DNA from: a virus
Lineage: Duplodnaviria; Caudoviricetes
DNA: 41,072 nt
Virus record (IMG/VR): IMGVR_UViG_3300022930_000012
Coordinates: 1 to 41,072 of that record
Direction: 5' to 3' (one strand)
Under the pieces are notes generated by a model. The model was not told the origin of the DNA. It made no database searches and saw nothing but the letters and a program-made list of their open reading frames with translations. Both the position numbers and the translations under genes were made by a program. How positions within the stretch are numbered: the first letter of the stretch is position 1; each line of letters begins with the position of its first letter. Positions 9,492 through 18,346 of this stretch are shown here, piece after piece.

Positions 9492-9627
9492 CGAATGCAG
9501 TTCGATTCTGCTCGCTTACCGAGATTGTGGTAAATGCTTAATGCTTCAGTTCGAGTCTGGAGAGCTATTTTATAGCACGGGTATATAAGCGGTAATTTTA
9601 ACTAACGCAGTGATTGCAGGAGTTTTT

Positions 9628-10452
9628 ATGGTAAATCCAATAATAAATTTATACCGTACAAAAGAGGAAGCAATGCTCTTCAAAAACTCGCCTCGAAACG
9701 CTTTCTATACGTTTTCGGGGATTCAGCTTTTGCCAAATAACCCAAATAAATATATTCAAGTTACCAATACACCAAACGGCATAAATTTAGAGGATTGGAC
9801 TGTTTACGGTATTTCTATTTGTGGTACGTACGAAGCTGATATTACCGCTTCGTTTATGGTTGAAAAACTAACCAATTCATTAAACGGTAATCCTCAATTA
9901 ATTTGGTCACTTAAAAACGTTCCTATTGATTTTGGATTTGGACTGATATATTTAAGAATTGAACAGGCAGTTGGCGAAACATTCTACAGCACGCCTTTTA
10001 AATTGACTTCAATCAATGAGGAATTAGTTAGCCAAATAACATACAAATACAAGCGTACTGATGAATTTCAAAGTATTGGAGCTAATATATGGTTTAGATC
10101 AGAATCACTTCAAATAAACCTTCAAAACTATTACGAAACATCAACAGAAAACACAGTTACTACTGCGGTACAATCAAATAAAACCGAATTTTGGGAAACT
10201 GAAAGCATGTCAATATCAAACCTTATAAACATTGTACAGCTTATGAAATTACCTTATGTTTATTTGAATGGTGCAAGAACTTATTTTTTTGAAGCTCCTG
10301 AAATACCAAAACCAACATCACAGGAAAATTTCGGTTACATGGAATTACATTTAACCGTAAACCCAAATGATGTTTATACACCACCTACAGTATCAAGTGG
10401 GGATTTCGATAACAATGATTTTATAGAAGACGATTTTTCAATATTTAATTAA
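9628..10452 (+). CDS. Tail structural protein
   Basis: Resumes the tail operon; C-terminal GDFDNNDFIEDDF motif; ATG 9628 preferred. Confidence 0.55.
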   Translation: MVNPIINLYRTKEEAMLFKNSPRNAFYTFSGIQLLPNNPNKYIQVTNTPNGINLEDWTVYGISICGTYEADITASFMVEKLTNSLNGNPQLIWSLKNVPIDFGFGLIYLRIEQAVGETFYSTPFKLTSINEELVSQITYKYKRTDEFQSIGANIWFRSESLQINLQNYYETSTENTVTTAVQSNKTEFWETESMSISNLINIVQLMKLPYVYLNGARTYFFEAPEIPKPTSQENFGYMELHLTVNPNDVYTPPTVSSGDFDNNDFIEDDFSIFN

Positions 10453-10459
10453 AAACACA

Positions 10460-11020
10460 ATGAAAAAATTATTTTTACTTTTATTAGTTCCTTTTTTACT
10501 TCAAGCGCAGTCTCGTTCTGAAATACAGACACAGATAGAAACTATTGCAACCGGAGTTCCAAACACAGCCTTAAAAATACGTAATGTTCTTTCGGTACTT
10601 GCTGACGGAACAGCGCAAACAGGAGATGTAAAAGAAATAGATGTTTCAAACGCATACCTTACAGCTAATTTTGACGCTTCTGGATTAGGAACAAATGAAC
10701 GCTTAGGATGGGCTATTTGTAACGGTCAAAACGGTACACGAAATCGTGGTGGTCGTGGTTCTATACAATACAACTCAACCTATCCAACGTTAGGAGCAAT
10801 AGGGGGATCAAAAGATGCGGTCGTAGTTTCTCATAGCCATCAACAAGGGTCTGAATCATTATACAACCTTTACGGAGGTGGTACATCGGTTGGAGGAAGA
10901 ACGTTTCCTTCTGGGGCTATAAATGCTTTTACAAGCCAAAATACATCAACAGCAGGAGAAAGCGGAACAGATAAAAATATGCAACCTTACATAGTAAGTT
11001 TATTTATTCAAAAACTATAA
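10460..11020 (+). CDS. Tail collar/short-fibre-like protein with N-terminal signal-peptide-like segment
   Basis: GWAICNGQNGT collar motif, HSH motif, NMQPYIVSLFIQK C-terminus; MKKLFLLLLVPFLLQA-Q N-terminus. Confidence 0.7.
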   Translation: MKKLFLLLLVPFLLQAQSRSEIQTQIETIATGVPNTALKIRNVLSVLADGTAQTGDVKEIDVSNAYLTANFDASGLGTNERLGWAICNGQNGTRNRGGRGSIQYNSTYPTLGAIGGSKDAVVVSHSHQQGSESLYNLYGGGTSVGGRTFPSGAINAFTSQNTSTAGESGTDKNMQPYIVSLFIQKL

Positions 11021-11024
11021 TTAA

Positions 11025-12365
11025 ATGGCAACTTTACTAATTACCAAAAAAACAGGCGATTATTTTAGCTTTGTGCTGAACGGGGATTATTCAAACGAGA
11101 TACTAAACACTCGAAATGATCTTACTGTGGTAAAAGGTAATGAATCTCATTTTAAAACAGCTAACGGGGCTAATTTAATTAAAGAACAAATAATTTACCC
11201 TGCTGATGTTACTATTGTTGATGGAGTCACAACATTAAATCCAACAACAGTAACGCAATTATTTACAATGCTTATAAGCGTTGGTTATTTTGATTGGATT
11301 GATGCAAGTGGTGGGGGTTCAGGTGTTACAAGATTCGATCAGCTTTTAGATACGTTTACATACTTTGGAAAAAACGGACAAACAATAGTTGTTGATGAGG
11401 CTCAAATGAGATTAAAACCAGTTACGTTTTACAACTACAACAAATTCACCCAATTACAAGACGCTCCAAATGCGTTGGTGGCGGATAAATTTTTTCAAGT
11501 AGACCCAACAGGAGAAGAAATTGTTTTGGTAGATTTGCCTCCTGCTCCTTCTGATTCTACTAAAACAGACAAGGGTGGATATGCCGGAACATCACAAGAT
11601 TTAGCTGATTCAATGAGTAATTTTCAATCTGAATTAGATGAAAAATTAAATATTGTAGATTATAATAATTATTTTGTTGGTAAATTCACTTCTCTATTAT
11701 CGCTTGAGTCTACTTTTCCTGTTGCAAATGATGGAGACTATGCAATTGTTGATGCTGGATCCGGTTCTGATGCAAAAGAATATATTTGGGATTCAGAAGA
11801 AGGATGGGTTGAAGGCGGTAGTTCTGGCGCATCAACAACTGACGCATTGCCAGAAGGAAGTTTGAATTTATATTTTACAACATCTCGTGTTTTAACTACT
11901 ATACTTTCAGGATTATCTTTAGTAACCGGAACAGCAATAACAGCAACAGATACAATATTATCTGCATTTGGAAAAATTCAAAAACAAATAAATGATTTAA
12001 TACCTTTTGCTACTACCAAAGAATTAATGTTTGCTTGTAGTGATGAAGTATCAGATTTAACAACAGGTATATTATTAACGTTTAGGATGCCTTACGGATT
12101 GACATTGACAGAAATTAAACTATGTGTTAATTCAGCTCCATCAGTTACAAAAGTAATTGTAGACATTAAAAAAAATGGAACGACAATATTTAGTACTCTT
12201 CCGAGTATAGATCCAGGATCAACAACAAGTGTAGGAGCAGTTCCTTATGTAATATCAAATAACAATCTTTCTGATGATTCTATAATAACAATAATAACAA
12301 CTTCCGTAGGTAGTGGTATTTTAGCAAAAGGGCTAAAAGTTACTTTAATAGGAACAAAACAATAA
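11025..12365 (+). CDS. Tail fibre protein
   Basis: TDALPEGSLNLYFT and ITATDTILSAFGKIQKQI fibre-type motifs; Gly/Ser/Thr rich. Confidence 0.75.
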   Translation: MATLLITKKTGDYFSFVLNGDYSNEILNTRNDLTVVKGNESHFKTANGANLIKEQIIYPADVTIVDGVTTLNPTTVTQLFTMLISVGYFDWIDASGGGSGVTRFDQLLDTFTYFGKNGQTIVVDEAQMRLKPVTFYNYNKFTQLQDAPNALVADKFFQVDPTGEEIVLVDLPPAPSDSTKTDKGGYAGTSQDLADSMSNFQSELDEKLNIVDYNNYFVGKFTSLLSLESTFPVANDGDYAIVDAGSGSDAKEYIWDSEEGWVEGGSSGASTTDALPEGSLNLYFTTSRVLTTILSGLSLVTGTAITATDTILSAFGKIQKQINDLIPFATTKELMFACSDEVSDLTTGILLTFRMPYGLTLTEIKLCVNSAPSVTKVIVDIKKNGTTIFSTLPSIDPGSTTSVGAVPYVISNNNLSDDSIITIITTSVGSGILAKGLKVTLIGTKQ

Positions 12366-12387
12366 TAACAACTAAAATAACTAAAAT

Positions 12388-12945
12388 ATGGTACCAGGTG
12401 TATTAATTAAGAAAAGCACAAAAAGCACAGTATATTTCGGGACTTATCCTAAATCGGATATGTTGCCTTTTGAACCTCAGGATATTGATCCAGATTACGA
12501 ATGGCTGATTGAATACGTTCCATTTACAGAACCTTCCTACGACCCTAGGATATATCTGATTGTTACAAACGTACCAGATGTTAATTTTTACGAATTATTC
12601 GAAGAGCATCCTCTTTATCCCGGTTTAAAAGCTTATACAATTACTTACTCTTTGGAAAAGAGAAGCAATGAAGAAATTATTTATTCTATAGAAAATGCAC
12701 AAAGACAAGCTAATGACATGGTTTGGCTTGATACCATTCATAAAGAAGAAACTGTTTATATGTTAAGCGCTTTATTGAAACTTAATAGCGGATTCGCATT
12801 GACCCCAAATGAGCAATTATGGGCTAATAAAATATCTGAATTAAACATGAAGTTATCTAAAAATATAGATAATAGAAATGTATTAGTGGCTCAAGTAATG
12901 GCTAATCAAGAACCAAACATTGATTCAGGATGGGAGAGCGCATAA
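12388..12945 (+). CDS. Hypothetical tail-fibre-associated protein
   Basis: Position between fibre and LamG genes. Confidence 0.5.
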   Translation: MVPGVLIKKSTKSTVYFGTYPKSDMLPFEPQDIDPDYEWLIEYVPFTEPSYDPRIYLIVTNVPDVNFYELFEEHPLYPGLKAYTITYSLEKRSNEEIIYSIENAQRQANDMVWLDTIHKEETVYMLSALLKLNSGFALTPNEQLWANKISELNMKLSKNIDNRNVLVAQVMANQEPNIDSGWESA

Positions 12946-12983
12946 TAAACCCTATTCACAATTCTTTTAAACAGTACAAAAAA

Positions 12984-13721
12984 ATGAACTTAGTAAATCC
13001 ATATTTATTTGCAAATATTCAATTGAATACTGGTTTGTCAGCTTATTATAAATTTGATTCAAATTCAAACGCTTCCTTTGGTGGCATTAATGGGACTCCT
13101 GTTTTTATAACATACACAGGTGGTAAAATTGGAAACTGTGCTGTTTTTAATAATTTTACCGCAAGAATAGATTTAGCCGATTCAGATATTTTCTCATTTA
13201 CGAGTGGTGTAGGGGTTGACTTGCCTTTTTCTTTTTCGCTATGGGTTTATGTTACAGCTTTTTCTTCTGTAAGTAACTTTCTTATAAATAAAAGAGGAGA
13301 TAGTACAAATACAGAATGGCAAATGAGTCTTACGCCAACTGGACAAATAAGTTTTACTAAATTTAGCGGAGGTGGTAACACTGTATTTCAAACAGTAAGA
13401 ACACCATCCTCGTCAATATCTATTAATACATGGACTCATATTGTATTTACTAGCGACGGAAGTAAAATTGCGTTAAATGATAAGATTTATGTTAATGGAG
13501 TAAATATGTCTTTAACTAATGCAAGCTCTGGAACTTATACGGGAATGGTAAACGGTAATTCAATTACTCGAATAGGGTTAAATGCATGGGATTTGCTAAA
13601 TCCAAATCTTAGACATCAAGGCTATATTGATGAATTGGGTATTTGGAAAAACAAAACATTAAATTCTGGAGAAGTAACAACTCTTTATAACTACGGAAGC
13701 GGAAGGTCATACCCTTTTTAA
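12984..13721 (+). CDS. LamG/concanavalin-A-like domain protein (putative receptor binding)
   Basis: AYYKFD, FSFSLWV, NTWTHIVFT, KIYVNG, GYIDELGIW motifs; ATG 12984 preferred. Confidence 0.85.
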   Translation: MNLVNPYLFANIQLNTGLSAYYKFDSNSNASFGGINGTPVFITYTGGKIGNCAVFNNFTARIDLADSDIFSFTSGVGVDLPFSFSLWVYVTAFSSVSNFLINKRGDSTNTEWQMSLTPTGQISFTKFSGGGNTVFQTVRTPSSSISINTWTHIVFTSDGSKIALNDKIYVNGVNMSLTNASSGTYTGMVNGNSITRIGLNAWDLLNPNLRHQGYIDELGIWKNKTLNSGEVTTLYNYGSGRSYPF

Positions 13722-13738
13722 TTAAATAAATATAAAAA

Positions 13739-14107
13739 ATGGAAACATTCATGTTAGAATTATTCGGAACAGTAGATTTGCCAAGTTATTTAGCGTGGTT
13801 GATACTATCAATTATTGGAGCGATTACAGCTACTTTAGTTAGAAATCATTTAACCACTTTAAAAAGCTTTCCGGTAAATGCGGTTCAGTTGTTAACTGGA
13901 ATTTTGATTACCTTTATATTTATTCGATTCTCTTTGGAGCTAACAGGATTAACGCCCAATGCTTTTGGAGCTTTTGCAATTGGACTTGGTGGGAATGAAT
14001 TAGCTTTAGGATTTTTGAAAAGGTATTTAGAGAAAAAGAAATTGGATGTAATTGCAGATGATGGTCCAGGAGGATCAAATCCAAGACAAATCAAAGGAGA
14101 CAAGTAA
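13739..14107 (+). CDS. Holin-like membrane protein (about 3 TM)
   Basis: Hydrophobic helices, charged C-terminus, lysis cassette position. Confidence 0.55.
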   Translation: METFMLELFGTVDLPSYLAWLILSIIGAITATLVRNHLTTLKSFPVNAVQLLTGILITFIFIRFSLELTGLTPNAFGAFAIGLGGNELALGFLKRYLEKKKLDVIADDGPGGSNPRQIKGDK

Positions 14108-14463
14108 TGCAAATAAAGCACATAATATTGCTTTTACTCATCCCTTTTGCAGAGGCTAAGGCTATATTTTACAACATAGACAAAGAGGTTTCTTGGTATT
14201 TATTTTCTGACCATGAAAGGCAATTATGTATGGTTGTAGAAGATTACTGTAATATTATTATCTTTGGAGTGGTCTTTTATTTTTTAGCATTTACAAAAAG
14301 GGACAAAATAACTGTTCAAATCGCATTATTTTTATTTATTTTAAACGCTTTGGATTTGTTGCATTTAGGACTTTACGATATGCAGGGTTTTATACTTGTA
14401 AAATTATTATTAGCTTATGGATTATATTATAAAGTATGGCAAAAGTTAAAGCATTCCTTTTAG
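14107..14463 (+). CDS. Membrane protein in lysis cassette
   Basis: 3-4 hydrophobic segments; TAATG coupling. Confidence 0.55.
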   Translation: MQIKHIILLLLIPFAEAKAIFYNIDKEVSWYLFSDHERQLCMVVEDYCNIIIFGVVFYFLAFTKRDKITVQIALFLFILNALDLLHLGLYDMQGFILVKLLLAYGLYYKVWQKLKHSF

Positions 14464-14747
14464 GTCTTGACTGGTTTTTCTTGACGGTTAGCGGTTATTC
14501 ATTTATTGATATAGCAGGAACACTTATTTCAGGAAATTTAGCTATGGCTAGTTTGGAAAACTTTGTAAAATTGCTTTTGTCTATGGCGGGTTTTGTTTAT
14601 TTGTGCGCAAGAACTTACCACTTTATAATGAAATCGGCTTTAGAACGTGAAATGTTAAAGGAGGATATTATCGCAAAAAGAAACGATAACTTTCCTAAGA
14701 GATTCAAAAAAGAATTTATTGATAGATTTGAAAAAGACGGATTATGA
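14436..14747 (+). CDS. Putative holin/antiholin (2 TM)
   Basis: Overlaps endolysin start; highly charged C-terminus. Confidence 0.55.
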   Translation: MAKVKAFLLGLDWFFLTVSGYSFIDIAGTLISGNLAMASLENFVKLLLSMAGFVYLCARTYHFIMKSALEREMLKEDIIAKRNDNFPKRFKKEFIDRFEKDGL

Positions 14748-15298
14748 AACTATACGAAAAATATAAATCCTTACTTAATAACTCAGGAATAAACACTCCA
14801 TTAAGATTAGCTCATTTTATGGCGCAAATTGAACACGAAAGTAATTTGAAACCTATTCAGGAAAATTTAAACTATTCTGCCCAGGGATTGTTGAATGTGT
14901 TTAGCAAGTATTTTATAAGCAAAGAAATTGCCAAAATGTACGAAAGAAAACCCGAAAATATTGCAAATCGTGTTTATGCTAATCGTATGGGTAACGGATC
15001 AGAATCATCCGGTGAAGGATGGAAATACAGGGGTCGTGGTTTTATTCAGTTGACTGGTAAAGAAAACTATTTCCATTTATCAAATGATACCGATATTGAA
15101 TTTCTTAAAAATCCTGATTTACTTTTAGAAGAAGCTAATGCAATGATAAGCGCAATTTGGTTTTGGAATAAAAACGGATTAAATAAGTTAGCCGATAAAG
15201 ATGATTTAAATAGCATTACAAAACGGATTAATGGCGGTTTAAATGGTTTGGCACACAGAAAAGAATTACTTACTAAATATAAAAAAGAATTGTTATGA
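14744..15298 (+). CDS. Endolysin, glycoside hydrolase family 19
   Basis: AHFMAQIEHES, ENLNYS, YRGRGFIQLTGKENY, ITKRINGGLNGL motifs. Confidence 0.95.
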   Translation: MKLYEKYKSLLNNSGINTPLRLAHFMAQIEHESNLKPIQENLNYSAQGLLNVFSKYFISKEIAKMYERKPENIANRVYANRMGNGSESSGEGWKYRGRGFIQLTGKENYFHLSNDTDIEFLKNPDLLLEEANAMISAIWFWNKNGLNKLADKDDLNSITKRINGGLNGLAHRKELLTKYKKELL

Positions 15299-15359
15299 AA
15301 AACGAAATAGTAATATCAGATTTAGTAATTGGCGCAATAATAGATAAAGGAACATTTGT

Positions 15360-15920
15360 ATGAAAAAACTAAACGTAATTTACGGATGCTTTGTATTTAT
15401 GTTTCTATTATCGATGTGTTCCTGTGGTGCCAGGAAAGTAAATATTGAAAATCAAAAAGAAGAAACAAAAACCGAAATAAAGGACAATTCCGTTACTGAA
15501 ATAAAAACAGATACCAACGTTAAAAAAACTACAACGCTAAAGACTGACGATAAAAACGAAACTCTTACCGAGGAAACTGTTTACGAACCTGCAGATGCGT
15601 CAAAAGAAAGCTTTGTAATCGAAAAAGACGGAACTAAGACTGTGTTGAATAATACCAAAAAAACAGTCCGTAAAACGACCAAAAACAATAATACTTCAAT
15701 CATCAAGGAATCCTTGACAGTTGAAAACAAAAAAGAAGCCGTTAAGGAAGAAAAAGAAGTTGAGTATAAGGAAGTCTCAAAAAAAGAAATCAAGTCAAAA
15801 CAAGTAGATAAAAAGCAGTTTAATCCGTTTGTTTCAATATGTATTGGTTTGTTTGGATTGCTTGTACTATGGTGCGTTTACAGGTTTTACAAAAAGTTGC
15901 CGTTAGTTCCGAAATTATAA
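15360..15920 (+). CDS. Unimolecular spanin candidate
   Basis: N-terminal lipoprotein signal (MCSC-G), Thr/Lys/Glu-rich middle, C-terminal TM helix; follows endolysin. Confidence 0.75.
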   Translation: MKKLNVIYGCFVFMFLLSMCSCGARKVNIENQKEETKTEIKDNSVTEIKTDTNVKKTTTLKTDDKNETLTEETVYEPADASKESFVIEKDGTKTVLNNTKKTVRKTTKNNNTSIIKESLTVENKKEAVKEEKEVEYKEVSKKEIKSKQVDKKQFNPFVSICIGLFGLLVLWCVYRFYKKLPLVPKL

Positions 15921-15921
15921 T

Positions 15922-15929
15922 TATATTTG
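15922..15929 (+). promoter_or_regulatory. Bacteroidota -7 promoter
   Basis: TATATTTG. Confidence 0.7.
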
Positions 15930-15932
15930 CAT

Positions 15933-16032
15933 AGCTGTGGAGGCAATCTATTCATATTCATAATATTTGTTTTTTGGTTTTAGCGGAGTGGTTACCGCAC
16001 ATTAAAAACCGCTTCTTAATTGGAGCGGTTTT
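15933..16032 (+). ncRNA. Candidate small RNA of about 100 nt
   Basis: Bounded by a promoter and a terminator with no credible + strand ORF; U-rich tract complementary to start-codon regions. Confidence 0.55.
16005..16032 (+). terminator. Rho-independent terminator (possibly bidirectional)
   Basis: AAAACCGCTTC-ttaatt-GGAGCGGTTTT. Confidence 0.85.
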
Positions 16033-16121
16033 ACTGTTTATAGAAGTTAGTAAAATAAGGCAATTGTAAAATAAATTAAAAATAATTGTGTTTTTATGCT
16101 ATGGAATTAAAAAACTATTCT

Positions 16122-16129
16122 TATATTTG
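16122..16129 (+). promoter_or_regulatory. Bacteroidota -7 promoter for early operon
   Basis: TATATTTG upstream of ATG 16157. Confidence 0.7.
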
Positions 16130-16156
16130 CTTCATAGAAATTTAAAACTAAAAATT

Positions 16157-16540
16157 ATGAAAAACACGGACGAAGCATTAGGTAAACTAATCGAAAAAGG
16201 AATTGAAGTTGCAGAGCAAACAGGAAAATTTGTAATCGATCAAGCTCCTGAATTAATTCAACAATTTTACACATGGCATATTGCGCAAAATATTTTTGGC
16301 GTATTGTTGGGATTATTTTTATTTTTTGTTGCTTACAAAGTAATTATATTACTTGGAGAAGATGAAAGTAATTGGGATACAGATTTTAAATTATTTGGTA
16401 AACACGTTGGAATGGGAACAGGAATTATAAGCTCATGTATTTGTTTATTTGCTTCAATATTTTTATTCTGTAGCATTTATCAATTAATTTATATTTTAGT
16501 CGCTCCTAAACTTTATTTAATTGAATACTTTATAAAGTAA
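16157..16540 (+). CDS. Two-TM phage membrane protein
   Basis: FVIDQAPELIQQ...APKLYLIEY; start placed downstream of promoter. Confidence 0.7.
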   Translation: MKNTDEALGKLIEKGIEVAEQTGKFVIDQAPELIQQFYTWHIAQNIFGVLLGLFLFFVAYKVIILLGEDESNWDTDFKLFGKHVGMGTGIISSCICLFASIFLFCSIYQLIYILVAPKLYLIEYFIK

Positions 16541-16546
16541 TTAACC

Positions 16547-16765
16547 ATGAAAATAATCAACGAACTATTCCTATTATCGGAATTAAATCAAAAACAGTTT
16601 GCCGAAAAGCATAAAATTGAAGAAAGCTTATTCGGAAAATATCTAAAAGGGAAGGCGGTTCCTAGAAAGTCAACGCTTGACAGGATAGCCGATAAAGAAG
16701 GTTATATTATTTCAGAGGAACTTATGATTAAATCAGAATTTATTAACAACCAAAAAACAAAGTGA
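16547..16765 (+). CDS. XRE/Cro-like HTH regulator
   Basis: LNQKQFAEKHKIEESLFGKYLKGKAVP. Confidence 0.8.
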   Translation: MKIINELFLLSELNQKQFAEKHKIEESLFGKYLKGKAVPRKSTLDRIADKEGYIISEELMIKSEFINNQKTK

Positions 16766-16769
16766 TATT

Positions 16770-17015
16770 ATGAAAATTAAATACAAAGGGTTATCAGTAA
16801 TAGTGCAAAATGAAAACGAATTTAATCGACTAAAATATTTTTTAGGCGAAGATATTCTTTATTTAAATTGGCATGAAAATATGCAATTAAAAGAAACAGC
16901 AGTAGTCTTTTATGCGAAAAAGAAAACTGATTTATCTCCAGGACATGTAGGAAGTTCAGATTATCATTTATCACATGATTTAAGAGTTGTTTATTTCAAT
17001 GAATATTTTAAATAA
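16770..17015 (+). CDS. Hypothetical protein
   Basis: ORF in packed operon. Confidence 0.6.
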   Translation: MKIKYKGLSVIVQNENEFNRLKYFLGEDILYLNWHENMQLKETAVVFYAKKKTDLSPGHVGSSDYHLSHDLRVVYFNEYFK

Positions 17016-17021
17016 TTAACC

Positions 17022-17246
17022 ATGAAAAACTTTGCAGTAATTACCAACAGCCAACGGGATTTTAATGTTTTTAAATTAGAAAACGAGTATTCCGGAAACG
17101 ATCAAAATTTCATCCAAGTGCAAACTATTGAAGATGTATTAAAAAACCAATTCAACGACTTTGTTGTAAAATCGAACTCGGTAAAAATGCCGAATGTATC
17201 GGAAATAATTAAGGCTGTTGAGAATAATATTAGTCAGTTAAATTAG
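17022..17246 (+). CDS. Hypothetical protein
   Basis: ORF in packed operon. Confidence 0.6.
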   Translation: MKNFAVITNSQRDFNVFKLENEYSGNDQNFIQVQTIEDVLKNQFNDFVVKSNSVKMPNVSEIIKAVENNISQLN

Positions 17247-17253
17247 AAATAAT

Positions 17254-17598
17254 ATGAGTAAAGATGTAGAATGTCCATATTGTGGCAATTATCAAGATAT
17301 AAATCACGATGATGGTTTTGGATACGAAGAAGATACAGCGCATAACCAAACGTGTGAAAGTTGTGATAAAACATTTGTTTTTTACACCTCAATATCTTTT
17401 TATTACGAATCACAAAAAGCAGACTGTTTAAATGGATCTAAACACGAATATTTAGCATCGTGTACTTTCCCTAGAAGATTTACTAAAATGGCCTGTAAAA
17501 ATTGTGATGATAAAAGGGAGCCTACAGAACAAGAGTTTGAAATAATAACTTCTGATTTGCCATTTGAAGAAATAAGAAAAAAATGTGCTGAGTTATGA
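17254..17598 (+). CDS. Zinc-finger protein
   Basis: CPYC, CESC, CKNC motifs. Confidence 0.7.
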   Translation: MSKDVECPYCGNYQDINHDDGFGYEEDTAHNQTCESCDKTFVFYTSISFYYESQKADCLNGSKHEYLASCTFPRRFTKMACKNCDDKREPTEQEFEIITSDLPFEEIRKKCAEL

Positions 17599-17813
17599 AC
17601 CCAGAAATATTCACCCACTACGGAACCCGATTAAGGACGAAATCAAAGCGTGTTTATAGAAAGTCGTTAAAAGCAATTTCAGTATCTAAAATTGCAGTAA
17701 TAGACACGGTGCAGATAACAACACACTACGCAAAAGAAATTCGATTACAGGCGAAAGTGTTTTCGTTACGAGACCACGACCGATTTAGAAAACCAACAAA
17801 TTACGATTATTAA
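17595..17813 (+). CDS. Hypothetical basic protein
   Basis: ATGA overlap. Confidence 0.55.
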   Translation: MNPEIFTHYGTRLRTKSKRVYRKSLKAISVSKIAVIDTVQITTHYAKEIRLQAKVFSLRDHDRFRKPTNYDY

Positions 17814-17830
17814 AACCTAAAAATAAGATT

Positions 17831-18346
17831 ATGGAAACATTAACGCACTGGAAAAAGAATAATGATTCGCGTTACATTAGCGGAGAAGATTTAAAAGCCG
17901 AACTCAAAGGCTTAAAAAAAGAAATGAATGTCGTTATTTCAAAGTTTGAAGATTCTGAAACTTTCGACATGAACAGCCAAAAAAAACTAACCCGTACAGG
18001 TTTTTGGCTTTCAGAATATCCAAGCGGAAAACCATTATACAAACCTGTTATTTTGAACAACACAAACGCTAATTTTTGCGAAAAAGAATTTGGCAGCGAG
18101 TACATGGAACATTGGTTGAACAAGCCTCTTGTACTTTACGCGTTGGCAGATAAAAGACACGGTCATGTAGCAAGATTCAAAAAGTATTACGCGCCTCAAA
18201 TATCAGATGTAAACGCGTTGGCAACTTTAAATAAGTCTAAAACATTAGACGAATTAAAATCTAATTGGGAACTGTTGACCGCGACCGAAAAGAATTTACC
18301 GACCGCATTGTCTTTAAAAGACAAACTTAAAAACGAGCTTAAATAA
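17831..18346 (+). CDS. Putative single-strand annealing/recombination protein
   Basis: THWKK N-terminus; translationally coupled to exonuclease, followed by SSB. Confidence 0.5.
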   Translation: METLTHWKKNNDSRYISGEDLKAELKGLKKEMNVVISKFEDSETFDMNSQKKLTRTGFWLSEYPSGKPLYKPVILNNTNANFCEKEFGSEYMEHWLNKPLVLYALADKRHGHVARFKKYYAPQISDVNALATLNKSKTLDELKSNWELLTATEKNLPTALSLKDKLKNELK

